DNA of 64,000 bases from Alphaproteobacteria bacterium (GTDB lineage: Bacteria; Pseudomonadota; Alphaproteobacteria; Rs-D84), in assembly GCA_033345275.1 (NCBI GenBank), contig JAWPOF010000007.1, positions 21,760 to 85,759 of the forward strand, written 5' to 3'. Positions within the stretch are counted from its first letter, which is position 1. Each line of letters begins with the position of its first letter. Shown here in pieces: positions 11,557-20,186 of this stretch. Position numbers and translations under genes: made by a program. The notes beneath the pieces are model-generated. The model saw nothing but the letters and a program-made list of their open reading frames with translations. It had not been told where the DNA came from and did no database searches.

Positions 11557-12726
11557 ATGAAAAGATTGCTGATTTCTCTGTATGGATTTGCGTTTTTTAA
11601 CAAGTTTTTATTGCTGACCCCCGTCTATTCTATTTTTATGTTGGAAAACGGTTTAACTGATTTGCAACTGTCCACAATGTTTATAATTTCGGCACTGGGG
11701 ACAATTCTGGGCCAGGCACCGATTACATATATAACAAACCGTGTGGGACAACGATGGTCTATGATTTGTGGACAAATTCTAAAGGCGATTGCGATTTTAT
11801 TATGGCTGGTGCTGCCAACATATGTGGGATTTGTTGTCGGGATGTTTCTGTGGGGCGTTCAGGCCGGGTTTCGCAGTGTCGCGTTTGAAGGTCTGGTATA
11901 CGATTCTGTATCAGAATACGGTAAAAAACGCGAATATTCACGTATTCTTGGGCGCAAGGCCACGTTCGAGTCCATCGGTACAGCATTGTCTGCGTTTGGC
12001 TCGTTGTTGATGTTTATGGGATATGATTGGGTGACCTGGGCATCGGTAATTGCGATTTTGATTTCTATGGCTTGTTTGCTGTTGGTTCCTTATCACAAAA
12101 ATCTTGCCACACAACAGATGAAATCTGTACCTATGCGTAAACTTATGCGCATAGGTGTCAAGGTGTGCCTTAAAACCCCATGTCTATTGTCGATAATGTT
12201 GTTGACTTTGTTGGCGGCCAATATCCCATATCTGGACGATTTTTTAAGTCCCATAGGGTTGCAAATTGGAATACCGACTGAATATGTTGGGATTGTATCT
12301 TTGTTCTTGTTGGGGTGCGCAACAATTGGTCAGCGATTTGCGTACAAGTTTGCAAACATATCTGAAAACTTGATATATTCGCTTATCGGTGTGGTCGGGC
12401 TGCTGTTCATTGGTTTTGGCGTTGCATATAATGTTGGCATGTTGTGGCTGATGGGAATCGCGTACATGTTGTTTTATGGGCTGTATACGTTATTATACTC
12501 TCAGTTTCAGCACATGGTGCCGTCGCGCCATCGTTCTGTTGTATTGTCTTTTTATACGACCATAAACTATGTAATATATATGATTGTTTGTGGCATTGTT
12601 GGGCTGGGCGCAACTTTTGGCAGTTGGCGTTTCAGCATAGTCATTCTGGGCAGCATGATGTTAGTGCTGTGCCTGTGGGCGTTTTTATTCCTGCGTGGCC
12701 GTTGTCAGATTCATCGCCTGGATTAA
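11557..12726 (+). CDS. MFS-type transporter (12 predicted TM helices)
   Basis: 389 aa, hydrophobic throughout, two six-helix halves with loop motifs such as GxxxDRxGRR-like (NRVGQRWS). Confidence 0.6.
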   Translation: MKRLLISLYGFAFFNKFLLLTPVYSIFMLENGLTDLQLSTMFIISALGTILGQAPITYITNRVGQRWSMICGQILKAIAILLWLVLPTYVGFVVGMFLWGVQAGFRSVAFEGLVYDSVSEYGKKREYSRILGRKATFESIGTALSAFGSLLMFMGYDWVTWASVIAILISMACLLLVPYHKNLATQQMKSVPMRKLMRIGVKVCLKTPCLLSIMLLTLLAANIPYLDDFLSPIGLQIGIPTEYVGIVSLFLLGCATIGQRFAYKFANISENLIYSLIGVVGLLFIGFGVAYNVGMLWLMGIAYMLFYGLYTLLYSQFQHMVPSRHRSVVLSFYTTINYVIYMIVCGIVGLGATFGSWRFSIVILGSMMLVLCLWAFLFLRGRCQIHRLD

Positions 12727-12768
12727 CTTCCTGTACATATTCATACCAATAGGTTGTAATATGCATGT

Positions 12769-13440
12769 ATGAAAATAAATATTCGCACAATACTTTTAAA
12801 GTCATTACCATATTTGCTGTCAATTGCAGGTGGAATTATTTTGTATACGGGTGCCATAGATAATGCCCCAAATGACAATATTCGTGACCTGGTGATAAAT
12901 GTGTCGGCATCACTGCTGTCGATTCCATTGGTTTTTTTGCTGTATGACTATACGAATTCGCGTGTTGCAAATCAGATGAAGCGTACGATGATTAACAGCA
13001 TGACGGACAAGTTAAATGTATTGATGATGAATATTATTGGGTTGTTGCGGGACTCGATGGGTGTGCACAGCAAACTAACGACTGAAAACTTGAACAGAAT
13101 GTTGATTTTACACACAACAGAAATTTCAAAACGACTGAAAATAACGCCGCGAATTTTGGAAAAATTGCACGAATATCATAACGATTTGGATACATTGTTG
13201 TTTCGCAACAGTCAAAATTCTGTGCTGAATGCCGAACAGGTACAAATTCTGTCAGGACTAGTACGCGATATGACCCACCTTATAAACGAAAATAAATTTC
13301 GCCGTAATCGGCACCTGTCTGCAAAATACACAGAATCAATGATGGGGCGAATTTTAGATTGGATGGAATCTGATAATGTTGCGGCGATGAACTTGGCGCA
13401 GCATATATCAGAAACGACCGAGACAACGGACAAAAAATAA
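12769..13440 (+). CDS. Hypothetical membrane-anchored protein
   Basis: 223 aa, two N-terminal TM segments followed by a soluble helical region. No recognisable motif. Confidence 0.35.
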   Translation: MKINIRTILLKSLPYLLSIAGGIILYTGAIDNAPNDNIRDLVINVSASLLSIPLVFLLYDYTNSRVANQMKRTMINSMTDKLNVLMMNIIGLLRDSMGVHSKLTTENLNRMLILHTTEISKRLKITPRILEKLHEYHNDLDTLLFRNSQNSVLNAEQVQILSGLVRDMTHLINENKFRRNRHLSAKYTESMMGRILDWMESDNVAAMNLAQHISETTETTDKK

Positions 13441-13547
13441 AATGCATTTTTTATTATTTTTGCTTGATTTTTAATTTTATATATGTCAAAATTGCCCCTG
13501 TACCTTGGAAACAGAACCTTGTGTTCTCCCTTTCCAGGTCCGGTTTT

Positions 13548-13623
13548 GGGGACATAGCTCAGTTGGTAGAGCAAATGACTTTTAATCATTGGGTCCAGGG
13601 TTCGAGTCCCTGTGTCCCCACCA
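13548..13623 (+). tRNA. tRNA-Lys (anticodon UUU)
   Basis: GGGGACATAGCTCAGTTGGTAGAGCAAATGACTTTTAATCATTGGGTCCAGGGTTCGAGTCCCTGTGTCCCCACCA. Near-identical architecture to E. coli tRNA-Lys, anticodon loop CTTTTAA, 7-bp acceptor stem, encoded CCA. Confidence 0.95.
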
Positions 13624-13630
13624 AAAATTC

Positions 13631-13659
13631 AACGACCGCTTGCCGGTCGTTTAATTTTT
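13631..13659 (+). terminator. Rho-independent terminator after tRNA-Lys
   Basis: Hairpin aacgaccgcttgccggtcgtt followed by taatttttg. Confidence 0.7.
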
Positions 13660-13759
13660 GTATGGGGCGCGGACGAGAACCCAAAAAGGGTTCGGAACGT
13701 TAGTTGCTGAAAACAAGCGTATGCGCCGTTTGAACCTTACGAAGTGAATGGGGATTTAC

Positions 13760-13778
13760 AGTCCCTGTGTCCCCACCA
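13760..13778 (+). repeat. 19-nt direct repeat of the tRNA-Lys 3' end (agtccctgtgtccccacca), an att-site-like scar
   Basis: Exact copy of tRNA positions 13605-13623, located 136 nt downstream of the intact tRNA. The upstream flank gggatttaca is a degenerate T-arm. Confidence 0.8.
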
Positions 13779-14055
13779 CAATAACCTGCTGAAATCAGCA
13801 TGTTTTTTGTTTGTTTGCCCCCACCGCCCGGCGGGCAATATCTTCTATCTTATGGGTGTGTGCAATCGCCTGGTGTGTGAACTTGAACTGTCGGCACAAC
13901 TAAAACGAGAATACGAAACGGAAATCAACTATACGGACAACTATCAATCCCGCCTGACCGTCATGCAAAAATGGTTCGGTATTGTGTTTGTGGAGTAAGA
14001 AATATTGCTTGATTTGTTTTTTTTATATATTACGCTAAAAAGAAACGGCTCAAAA

Positions 14056-15681
14056 ATGCTTCTTGTAAAAAATCTTGAGAAGTCTTTTGATAGTAATGTA
14101 ATTTTCAAAAACTTGAATTTTTCTGTTCAGGACGGTGAAAAAGTCGCTGTTGTCGGTTTAAATGGTGCCGGAAAATCCACCTTGTTTAGAATTTTATTGA
14201 ATCAAATTGATAGTGATGCAGGCGAATTCTATATGGGTAAAAGTCCACGTATTGGTTGGATGCCACAAACAATAGATGAATTGAATCTGCCGGATGATGT
14301 TATTGTTTATGATTTCTTGCGTTCGGGGCGACCTTTGGCCGAAATAGAACGACGTATGACGGAAATATACACCAAAATGGCCGAAGGTGATGATTCAGAA
14401 GAATTGTTACAGCAATTGGGGGTGTGTCAATCTGAATTTGAATACTGGGATGGATATACTGCGGAATCTGAATTAGAAACTATGATAGACCAGATGGGTA
14501 TCGATCGTCAAAATCTGAACAAAAAGTTGGGCGAATTATCAGGCGGTCAAAAATCCAAGATTTCATTTATCCGAACATTATATTCACGCCCCAGCATTTT
14601 ATTTTTAGACGAGCCGACAAACCACCTAGATGCCACCAGTCGTGAATGGATGACGGATTATTTGGTTGCAACAGATGCGTCGGTAATATTTATATCGCAC
14701 GATGAAGAATTCATAGACAAGGTCGCGGATAAGACTCTGTATTTAGATGCTATGATGCATACCGGGACATTATATGGGTTTGGGTACAAACGTTTCTTGC
14801 GTACATTGGCGGAAACAAACGAGAGTTTGGAACGGCAATTACAAAAGCAAATGCGTGAAATAAATCGTATCCAGGCATTTGTTGACAGCCAACGTGGCAA
14901 ATCGGGTAAGGCAAAAAGACAGGCGCAAAGTCGTGAAAAAATGTTAGATAAAATGCGTCAGAATCTGGTGGTTGCACCCATGGAAAAGAAAGATATTGAT
15001 TTGGAGCTAAGTCCAAATCGTGAAGCGGATATTTTGCCAATCACGGTGGAAAATTTAAACTTTTCATACGTTGCCAATAAGAAAGTAATTAAAAATCTTA
15101 CATTTTCATTAAATCAGGGCGAGAAGTTTTTAATTGTTGGGGAAAATGGCGCAGGTAAATCGACCTTGTTAAAATTATTACACAAAATATTAAAACCTGA
15201 TTCTGGTATTGTTCGTATTGGCAAAAAAACCGACTTGGGATACTATGCCCAGGAATACGAGACATTAAACCCAAATATAACAATTCTGGAAAACGCATCA
15301 AGTGTAACAAATATCAGTACATCAAAACTGCGTTCTGTTTTAAATCACTTTAATTTTGTTGGGGACAAGGTAAAACAAAGCGTAAAAACAATGTCGCCAG
15401 GCGAACGCAGCCGTTTAGAGCTGGCCAAATTATGTCTTGGTGGTGCCAATGTTTTATTATTAGACGAACCAACAAATCATCTGGATGTAGCAACCAAGAA
15501 AACCATCGCACAAAGTTTTTCAGAATACGGTGGTACACTGATTATAGTCAGCCATGATTTAGAATTTTTGAAACACCTGGGCATAGATAGAATGCTAATG
15601 TTGCCCAGTGGGCGATTACAGTTTTTTGATGAAAACGTTGTTCGTAGATACATGGAACAAGAAAAACTAAAAGGACATTGA
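14056..15681 (+). CDS. ABC-F family ATPase (EttA/Uup/YheS-like translation factor), two tandem ABC domains
   Basis: Two Walker A motifs (GLNGAGKST, GENGAGKST) and two signature motifs (LSGGQKSKISF, MSPGERSRLELA). Charged inter-domain linker, no TM domain. Likely start is MLLVKNLEKSF, since the track's TTG/ATG at 14005 adds a hydrophobic extension. Confidence 0.85.
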   Translation: MLLVKNLEKSFDSNVIFKNLNFSVQDGEKVAVVGLNGAGKSTLFRILLNQIDSDAGEFYMGKSPRIGWMPQTIDELNLPDDVIVYDFLRSGRPLAEIERRMTEIYTKMAEGDDSEELLQQLGVCQSEFEYWDGYTAESELETMIDQMGIDRQNLNKKLGELSGGQKSKISFIRTLYSRPSILFLDEPTNHLDATSREWMTDYLVATDASVIFISHDEEFIDKVADKTLYLDAMMHTGTLYGFGYKRFLRTLAETNESLERQLQKQMREINRIQAFVDSQRGKSGKAKRQAQSREKMLDKMRQNLVVAPMEKKDIDLELSPNREADILPITVENLNFSYVANKKVIKNLTFSLNQGEKFLIVGENGAGKSTLLKLLHKILKPDSGIVRIGKKTDLGYYAQEYETLNPNITILENASSVTNISTSKLRSVLNHFNFVGDKVKQSVKTMSPGERSRLELAKLCLGGANVLLLDEPTNHLDVATKKTIAQSFSEYGGTLIIVSHDLEFLKHLGIDRMLMLPSGRLQFFDENVVRRYMEQEKLKGH

Positions 15682-15682
15682 T

Positions 15683-16729
15683 ACGCAAGGATTTGGCTTA
15701 CAAATAAAACCCGCAGGCAATAATTGTAATCTAAGGTGTAAATATTGTTATGCGGCCCCTTTCGCCAAATCATGTATCAAAATAATGCCCCTGGATATTC
15801 TTGAAACTGCAATAAGAAAAAATTTAGCTTTTCAAGGCAGTGTATTTTTCTCTTGGCATGGTGGTGAACCGTTACTTGCGGGTATAGACTTTTTCAAAAA
15901 GGCAGTTGAATTTATAGATAAATATAAAAACAGTGAACATATTGTAACAAATATGGTGCAAACAAATGCTACACTAATAACCCCAGAATTTGCTCGGTTC
16001 TTCAAGGATAATGGTATCACTGTTAGTGTCAGCATTGATGGGCCAGAATTTTTACATAATTTGAACCGTGTTGACCATGCAGGGATTGGTAGTTTTTCGA
16101 ATGTAATGCGTGTAAGGGATGTTGGACTGCAACCACCGGTGATTGCAACAATTACGCAAGACAGCATAAAATACGGCAAAGAAATATTTGATTTTTTGGT
16201 TGTCAATGGGTTTACCGATATCAAATTTAGTCCAGTTTACGATTCTTGTTCTGATAATTTTAGTGTTAGTTCGGATGATTGGTTTTACTTTTTAAAAGAT
16301 GTATTACACGCATGGTTTGAACATGGTGACACATCTGTCAAGGTTCGCGAAATAGATGAAGTTGTTGCGTGGTTGTCAAATAAAACGATGAACCTGTGTG
16401 CAAGCAAACATTCTTGCTTAAGTTGGATATCTATAGACCCAGATGGGAATATTTATCCATGTGAATATCTGCGCAGTGAAATGCCATACGGAAACATATT
16501 AGACATGGATTTGGCTGATGTTTACAAGACTGCTTCTTATGCAAGATTTAAAAAACTATTTTTACACAAACCAGAAAAATGCCAGAAGTGTCGTTTTTGG
16601 GATTTGTGTGGAAATGGCTGTCCTGCGACTCGTGTCAAGGACGGTCTAATGACCCATGACGGTGTCTATGTTTATTGCGAGGAAAGAATCAAACTGTTTA
16701 ACGAACTAAAAATTATTCTTGAATCCTGA
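15683..16729 (+). CDS. Radical SAM / SPASM-domain enzyme (anSME / peptide-maturase-like); apparent start codon ACG
   Basis: In-frame translation from 15680 gives DTQGFGLQIKPAGNNCNLRCKYCYAAPF (CxxxCxxC rSAM cluster in the canonical N-terminal position). The C-terminus carries a SPASM motif CQKCRFWDLCGNGCPATR. No ATG/GTG/TTG lies between the upstream in-frame TAA (15668) and the motif. A good SD AAAAGGA sits 7 nt before ACG 15683. The first in-frame ATG (15785) is downstream of the Fe-S motif. Confidence 0.75.
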   Translation, partial: TQGFGLQIKPAGNNCNLRCKYCYAAPFAKSCIKIMPLDILETAIRKNLAFQGSVFFSWHGGEPLLAGIDFFKKAVEFIDKYKNSEHIVTNMVQTNATLITPEFARFFKDNGITVSVSIDGPEFLHNLNRVDHAGIGSFSNVMRVRDVGLQPPVIATITQDSIKYGKEIFDFLVVNGFTDIKFSPVYDSCSDNFSVSSDDWFYFLKDVLHAWFEHGDTSVKVREIDEVVAWLSNKTMNLCASKHSCLSWISIDPDGNIYPCEYLRSEMPYGNILDMDLADVYKTASYARFKKLFLHKPEKCQKCRFWDLCGNGCPATRVKDGLMTHDGVYVYCEERIKLFNELKIILES

Positions 16730-16771
16730 GCATAAATATCTTCATGTACAAAGATAGACAGGAGAACAAAC

Positions 16772-16867
16772 ATGAAAAAACAAATGTTGTTGGCCGCTAT
16801 CCATAGAATAGAAGAGCAATCTGCTATGAAATGGCGTGGCATCATGGTCAACTGGATGAAATGTTAA
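16772..16867 (+). CDS. Small peptide gene (31 aa, MKKQMLLAAIHRIEEQSAMKWRGIMVNWMKC), candidate RiPP precursor co-transcribed with the rSAM-SPASM gene
   Basis: Strong SD (gacAGGAGAacaaacATG), an ATG, 31 sense codons and a TAA immediately followed by a strong intrinsic terminator. It lies 43 bp downstream of the rSAM gene on the same strand. The C-terminus is rich in Trp/Lys (KW...NWMKC). Confidence 0.55.
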   Translation: MKKQMLLAAIHRIEEQSAMKWRGIMVNWMKC

Positions 16868-16870
16868 TAT

Positions 16871-16895
16871 TCCCCCGTAATGGGGGGATTTTTTA
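16871..16895. terminator. Rho-independent terminator (tcccccgtaatggggggatttttt) ending the rSAM-peptide transcript; also serves the convergent PLD gene
   Basis: 7-bp GC-rich stem, 4-nt loop, T6 run. On the opposite strand a short A-run precedes the hairpin. Confidence 0.8.
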
Positions 16896-17480
16896 CCTAT
16901 ACATCCCCCACAAATACTCAAATTGTTTGCTGTATTCTTGTGCTGGGTAGGTCAGGAAGATACAGTTTTCGTTGTTGTACTTGGTGGCGGCGGTGGTCCA
17001 GTTATAGGAACCCGTCACCATACTCATATTATCAAAGACGGCAAATTTATTATGTTCAATCTTGTGCTGGCGGTTGGTGCGGACGGGAATGCCGGCGGCG
17101 ACCAACTCCCCAATCATGGACGATTTATGCCCAGCCATAGTTCGGTCTGTGACAATTCGCACCCTTCCGCCCCGACGGTGGGCGGCAATAATGGCGTTCG
17201 CAATTTTCGGATTGGTTATGGAATATACGGCAACGTCGATTTTATCGGCCCGACCCAGCTCGGCAATTATGCGGTCTTCGCATTCGGTGCCGGGGGTGAA
17301 ATATGATTCTATGTGTGCGGGTATGCTGGGTGGTGCGACCGTCCGTGTGGGCAATTGCGCCCCAACGCCAACCCCAATGGCAAACGCAATCCCAATAACA
17401 AAAGTCCATTGTCTGACAACCATACAACCCCAAACAAAAGACCACTCAAATAAAGAGTGGTCGGGAGTTGATCGATTCAA
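16893..17480 (-). CDS. Phospholipase D-family protein (Nuc-like endonuclease / PLD superfamily), secreted
   Basis: HKIEHNKFAVFD matches the HxK(x)4D PLD motif. N-terminal signal/TM (VVRQWTFVIGIAFAIGVGVGA). Size (~170 aa mature) is typical of Nuc-type PLD nucleases. Confidence 0.7.
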   Translation of the reverse strand: MNRSTPDHSLFEWSFVWGCMVVRQWTFVIGIAFAIGVGVGAQLPTRTVAPPSIPAHIESYFTPGTECEDRIIAELGRADKIDVAVYSITNPKIANAIIAAHRRGGRVRIVTDRTMAGHKSSMIGELVAAGIPVRTNRQHKIEHNKFAVFDNMSMVTGSYNWTTAATKYNNENCIFLTYPAQEYSKQFEYLWGMYR

Positions 17481-17665
17481 GAACAGAACTCTGCGCCTTC
17501 AGGATAAACCTTATTATATAGCAACAGCATCCCGACCATTGTCGGGACATTAGAAGTTGTGGTTCTCGGGCGATCAAACCCGTTCTCACTTTTAATGTCG
17601 CTTGTACAATTACTTGCACACACATATTGTACAACATTTCCCACAAAAATCAAGGGCGGTGTGTT

Positions 17666-18532
17666 TTACATCACGATCTGTAATACTTTATTTACATTTC
17701 TGTCGGGTGATTTTCCCATTTCTAAATCTTCTTTGATATCATATAACAGATTTACTACAGATTGAAAACGCTGTCTTTCTGGGAAATATACGTCTCCAGT
17801 GTCGCCATATCCTGCCAGCAATTCTTTTGCACCATTGCCATAGTAATAGTGCATGTCGCGTGATGGTTCGGCATATCCCGCTTCGCCAAAGTCAATAAGC
17901 CCCACGATTTTTTTTGTGTTTGTATCGAACATCATGTTGCCAAAATGCAAATCACAGTGTGTCAAAACTGGTTTTACAGGATATTGTTCAGATAAGTATT
18001 TATATCTGTCGCGCACGGCGTTGATGTGCTGAATCTGCTCATCTGTGAATTGTTTTTTTACTATGTCAGGAAAGTATTCGTCAAACACTTCTAAGCTGTC
18101 TGTGTAATGTAATGGTGCATCTTGCAACCAACTGTAATCATTCTCCAGATTATGTAATTCGCGTGCAATTTTACCGATTTGACGTAATATATCGGATTTT
18201 GTTTCTTCGTCAAAAGAATCGTGCATTTCCTGGGTGTATGTCGTGCCGTGTACCAATGTTTCGCCAATGATGTTTCGACCTGACTTGTCCTTTTTGTGAT
18301 ATAAAATTTCTGGAACCTCAAAGCTCAACTTGCCTTTTAGAAAGTTTAATACTTTGATTTCTTTGTCAGGATTGTTAAATGGCGCGTCTTCTTTTTTAGG
18401 TATTCTGAATACAACGCTGTCATTAACCAATACAGCGATGACATTTCGTCCCGAACCTATTTTTTTTATACTTTTTATTTCTATTTCAGGAAACGTTTCG
18501 ATGATGGTTTCCTGGATTTGTTCAGTTGTCAT
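17666..18532 (-). CDS. Phosphotransferase-family protein (APH / choline-kinase-like kinase fold)
   Basis: Brenner motif HCDLHFGNMMFD and the downstream IDFGEAGYAEPSRD (DFG-like) typical of the aminoglycoside phosphotransferase / CotS / choline kinase family. Confidence 0.75.
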   Translation of the reverse strand: MTTEQIQETIIETFPEIEIKSIKKIGSGRNVIAVLVNDSVVFRIPKKEDAPFNNPDKEIKVLNFLKGKLSFEVPEILYHKKDKSGRNIIGETLVHGTTYTQEMHDSFDEETKSDILRQIGKIARELHNLENDYSWLQDAPLHYTDSLEVFDEYFPDIVKKQFTDEQIQHINAVRDRYKYLSEQYPVKPVLTHCDLHFGNMMFDTNTKKIVGLIDFGEAGYAEPSRDMHYYYGNGAKELLAGYGDTGDVYFPERQRFQSVVNLLYDIKEDLEMGKSPDRNVNKVLQIVM

Positions 18533-18914
18533 TTTTTTATTCCTGTGTTTTTAATTGCCAAAACACCCCAGAAATTCGTATGAATTTACTGGCTGTTTCG
18601 CAACAAATTATTGCGTGATTATATTTTTTTGAGATTTTGCGGCGGGTCAGTGCAATTGCACTATATTGACACATGCATTATAAGGTATGATATTGCAAAA
18701 GTCAAGATATGTGTTTCGGGGGACAAAAATCGTTTTTTACAAATGCACAACTTCTATGTAAGGAAATTGTGATGCGATGTATTCGGCGGCCAGTCTTCGG
18801 TGGCATTGGTGTGCGGTCTTTTCTGTGCACATCAGGCATATGCGGTCCAGTTCGTCCGGATTGCGCCCCGTCAATGGCGCACGCCCCGCAATCAGGCGTC
18901 TGTAAATCGGTTCG

Positions 18915-19736
18915 GTGTCGGCCCAGGTTGCCCCGGACAGAAATGTTGATACACGTGATGTAGAATGGTTAAAAAAATCACTGACCCAGTTAGATTGTTA
19001 TGAACCCGATACCCGTGCCAGCGAAAGTGCCGACAATCCAAACCCGTATCCGAACCAGAAGCTGTTTGATGCGATTGAAAAGTTCAGAAAGTTACAAAAA
19101 ATCAAAGAGCGTGGCGCTGTCAAACCCGGCTACTGGACAGAAGTAAAAATAAATCAAGAACTGGAAAAGAAACAAAGCGAGAAAAAAGATATGAAAGATA
19201 TTGATACAAACAAAGTGTCCGATATGAAATTTGAACAAGCATACAATAAATTACAATAACCCGAAGGTGGCTATACAGACGGTAAAGACCAAGTTGATGA
19301 TGAACCAACCAACATGGGAATTAAACAAAGCACGCTGGACAGATACGCTAACACGCATCCAGACAAAAATTTCCCAGCAGATGTAAAATATTTAACAGCC
19401 GCACAGGCCAAAGAAATTTATAAAAACGAATATTGGGACAATACAAGAATCCCAGAAATCAAAAACGACAGAATACCTGATGCAGTTTTTGATATGAATG
19501 TGATGGGAGGTGCTGGGAAGACAGTTCAACGTGCACTAAATTCTTTCTTGGACGCAAACTTGGTTGTTGATGGCGCAATAGGCAGCGAAACAATTAAATC
19601 CATAAATGCTATTCCCGATAACGCGGTCAACAAATTTATGGTCGCACTAAAATCTGAAAGAATAGATTACTTAAAACGCACAAAAAACTGGGTAACGGCA
19701 AAAAACGGTTGGTTGAAAAGAGTAAATAAATACTAA
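18915..19736 (+). pseudogene. GH108-like lysozyme / PG_binding_3 protein interrupted by an in-frame TAA (19257-19259) immediately before the catalytic EGGY motif
   Basis: Track ORFs 18915-19259 and 19314-19736 are in the same frame. Read through the TAA, the sequence gives ...FEQAYNKLQ*PEGGYTDGKDQVDDEPTNMGIKQST..., matching the GH108 N-terminal motif (F..A...L.hEGGY...DPGGETN.GIT). The C-terminus VDGAIGSETIKSIN resembles a peptidoglycan-binding domain. Confidence 0.6.
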
Positions 19737-20186
19737 TTACTGTCTAAGCCATATTCCTTCAAGTGTTGCTTGCATGCCACAAAATGCACTAAATGAATCT
19801 GTATTGATAAAATGCAGATTCATTTTATCTTCTGACTCCATGTGAAACAATATACCAACAGGAATAAAATATTCCGTATCTGTCTCTCTGTCATATTGAT
19901 ATTTTTTGCTGTTGTATTCTGCCTTATCCCAGCTGATTTATATTTTACCTTCAACATCACAGAGTCGCCGAACAATATACGCAAAGTTTTTACCATGTTC
20001 GCTATTATTTAAATTTGGCGTATTGTTGTATTTGTGACAACGTAATCAATCATAGGTTGTATATTGCGTTTGCGTTTAATTTTTGCTGGATTTTGGCGAC
20101 GGTATAAGAAATAATTCAACCTGGATTTGAAAGATATTTATTAAACAACCGAATAAAAGGAGGGATGAATTGGAACATAAAATATT

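Noticed and set aside
14056-15681. Defence-type ABC ATPase (PARIS AriA / Septu-like)
   Set aside because: Two tandem ABC domains with a charged linker and no extra effector domain match the ABC-F translation-factor layout. No nuclease partner gene is adjacent.
15683-16729. Prokaryotic viperin (pVip) antiviral radical-SAM enzyme
   Set aside because: pVips lack a SPASM/twitch C-terminal cysteine cluster and have a distinct N-terminal motif. This protein has a clear SPASM motif and an anSME-like N-terminus.
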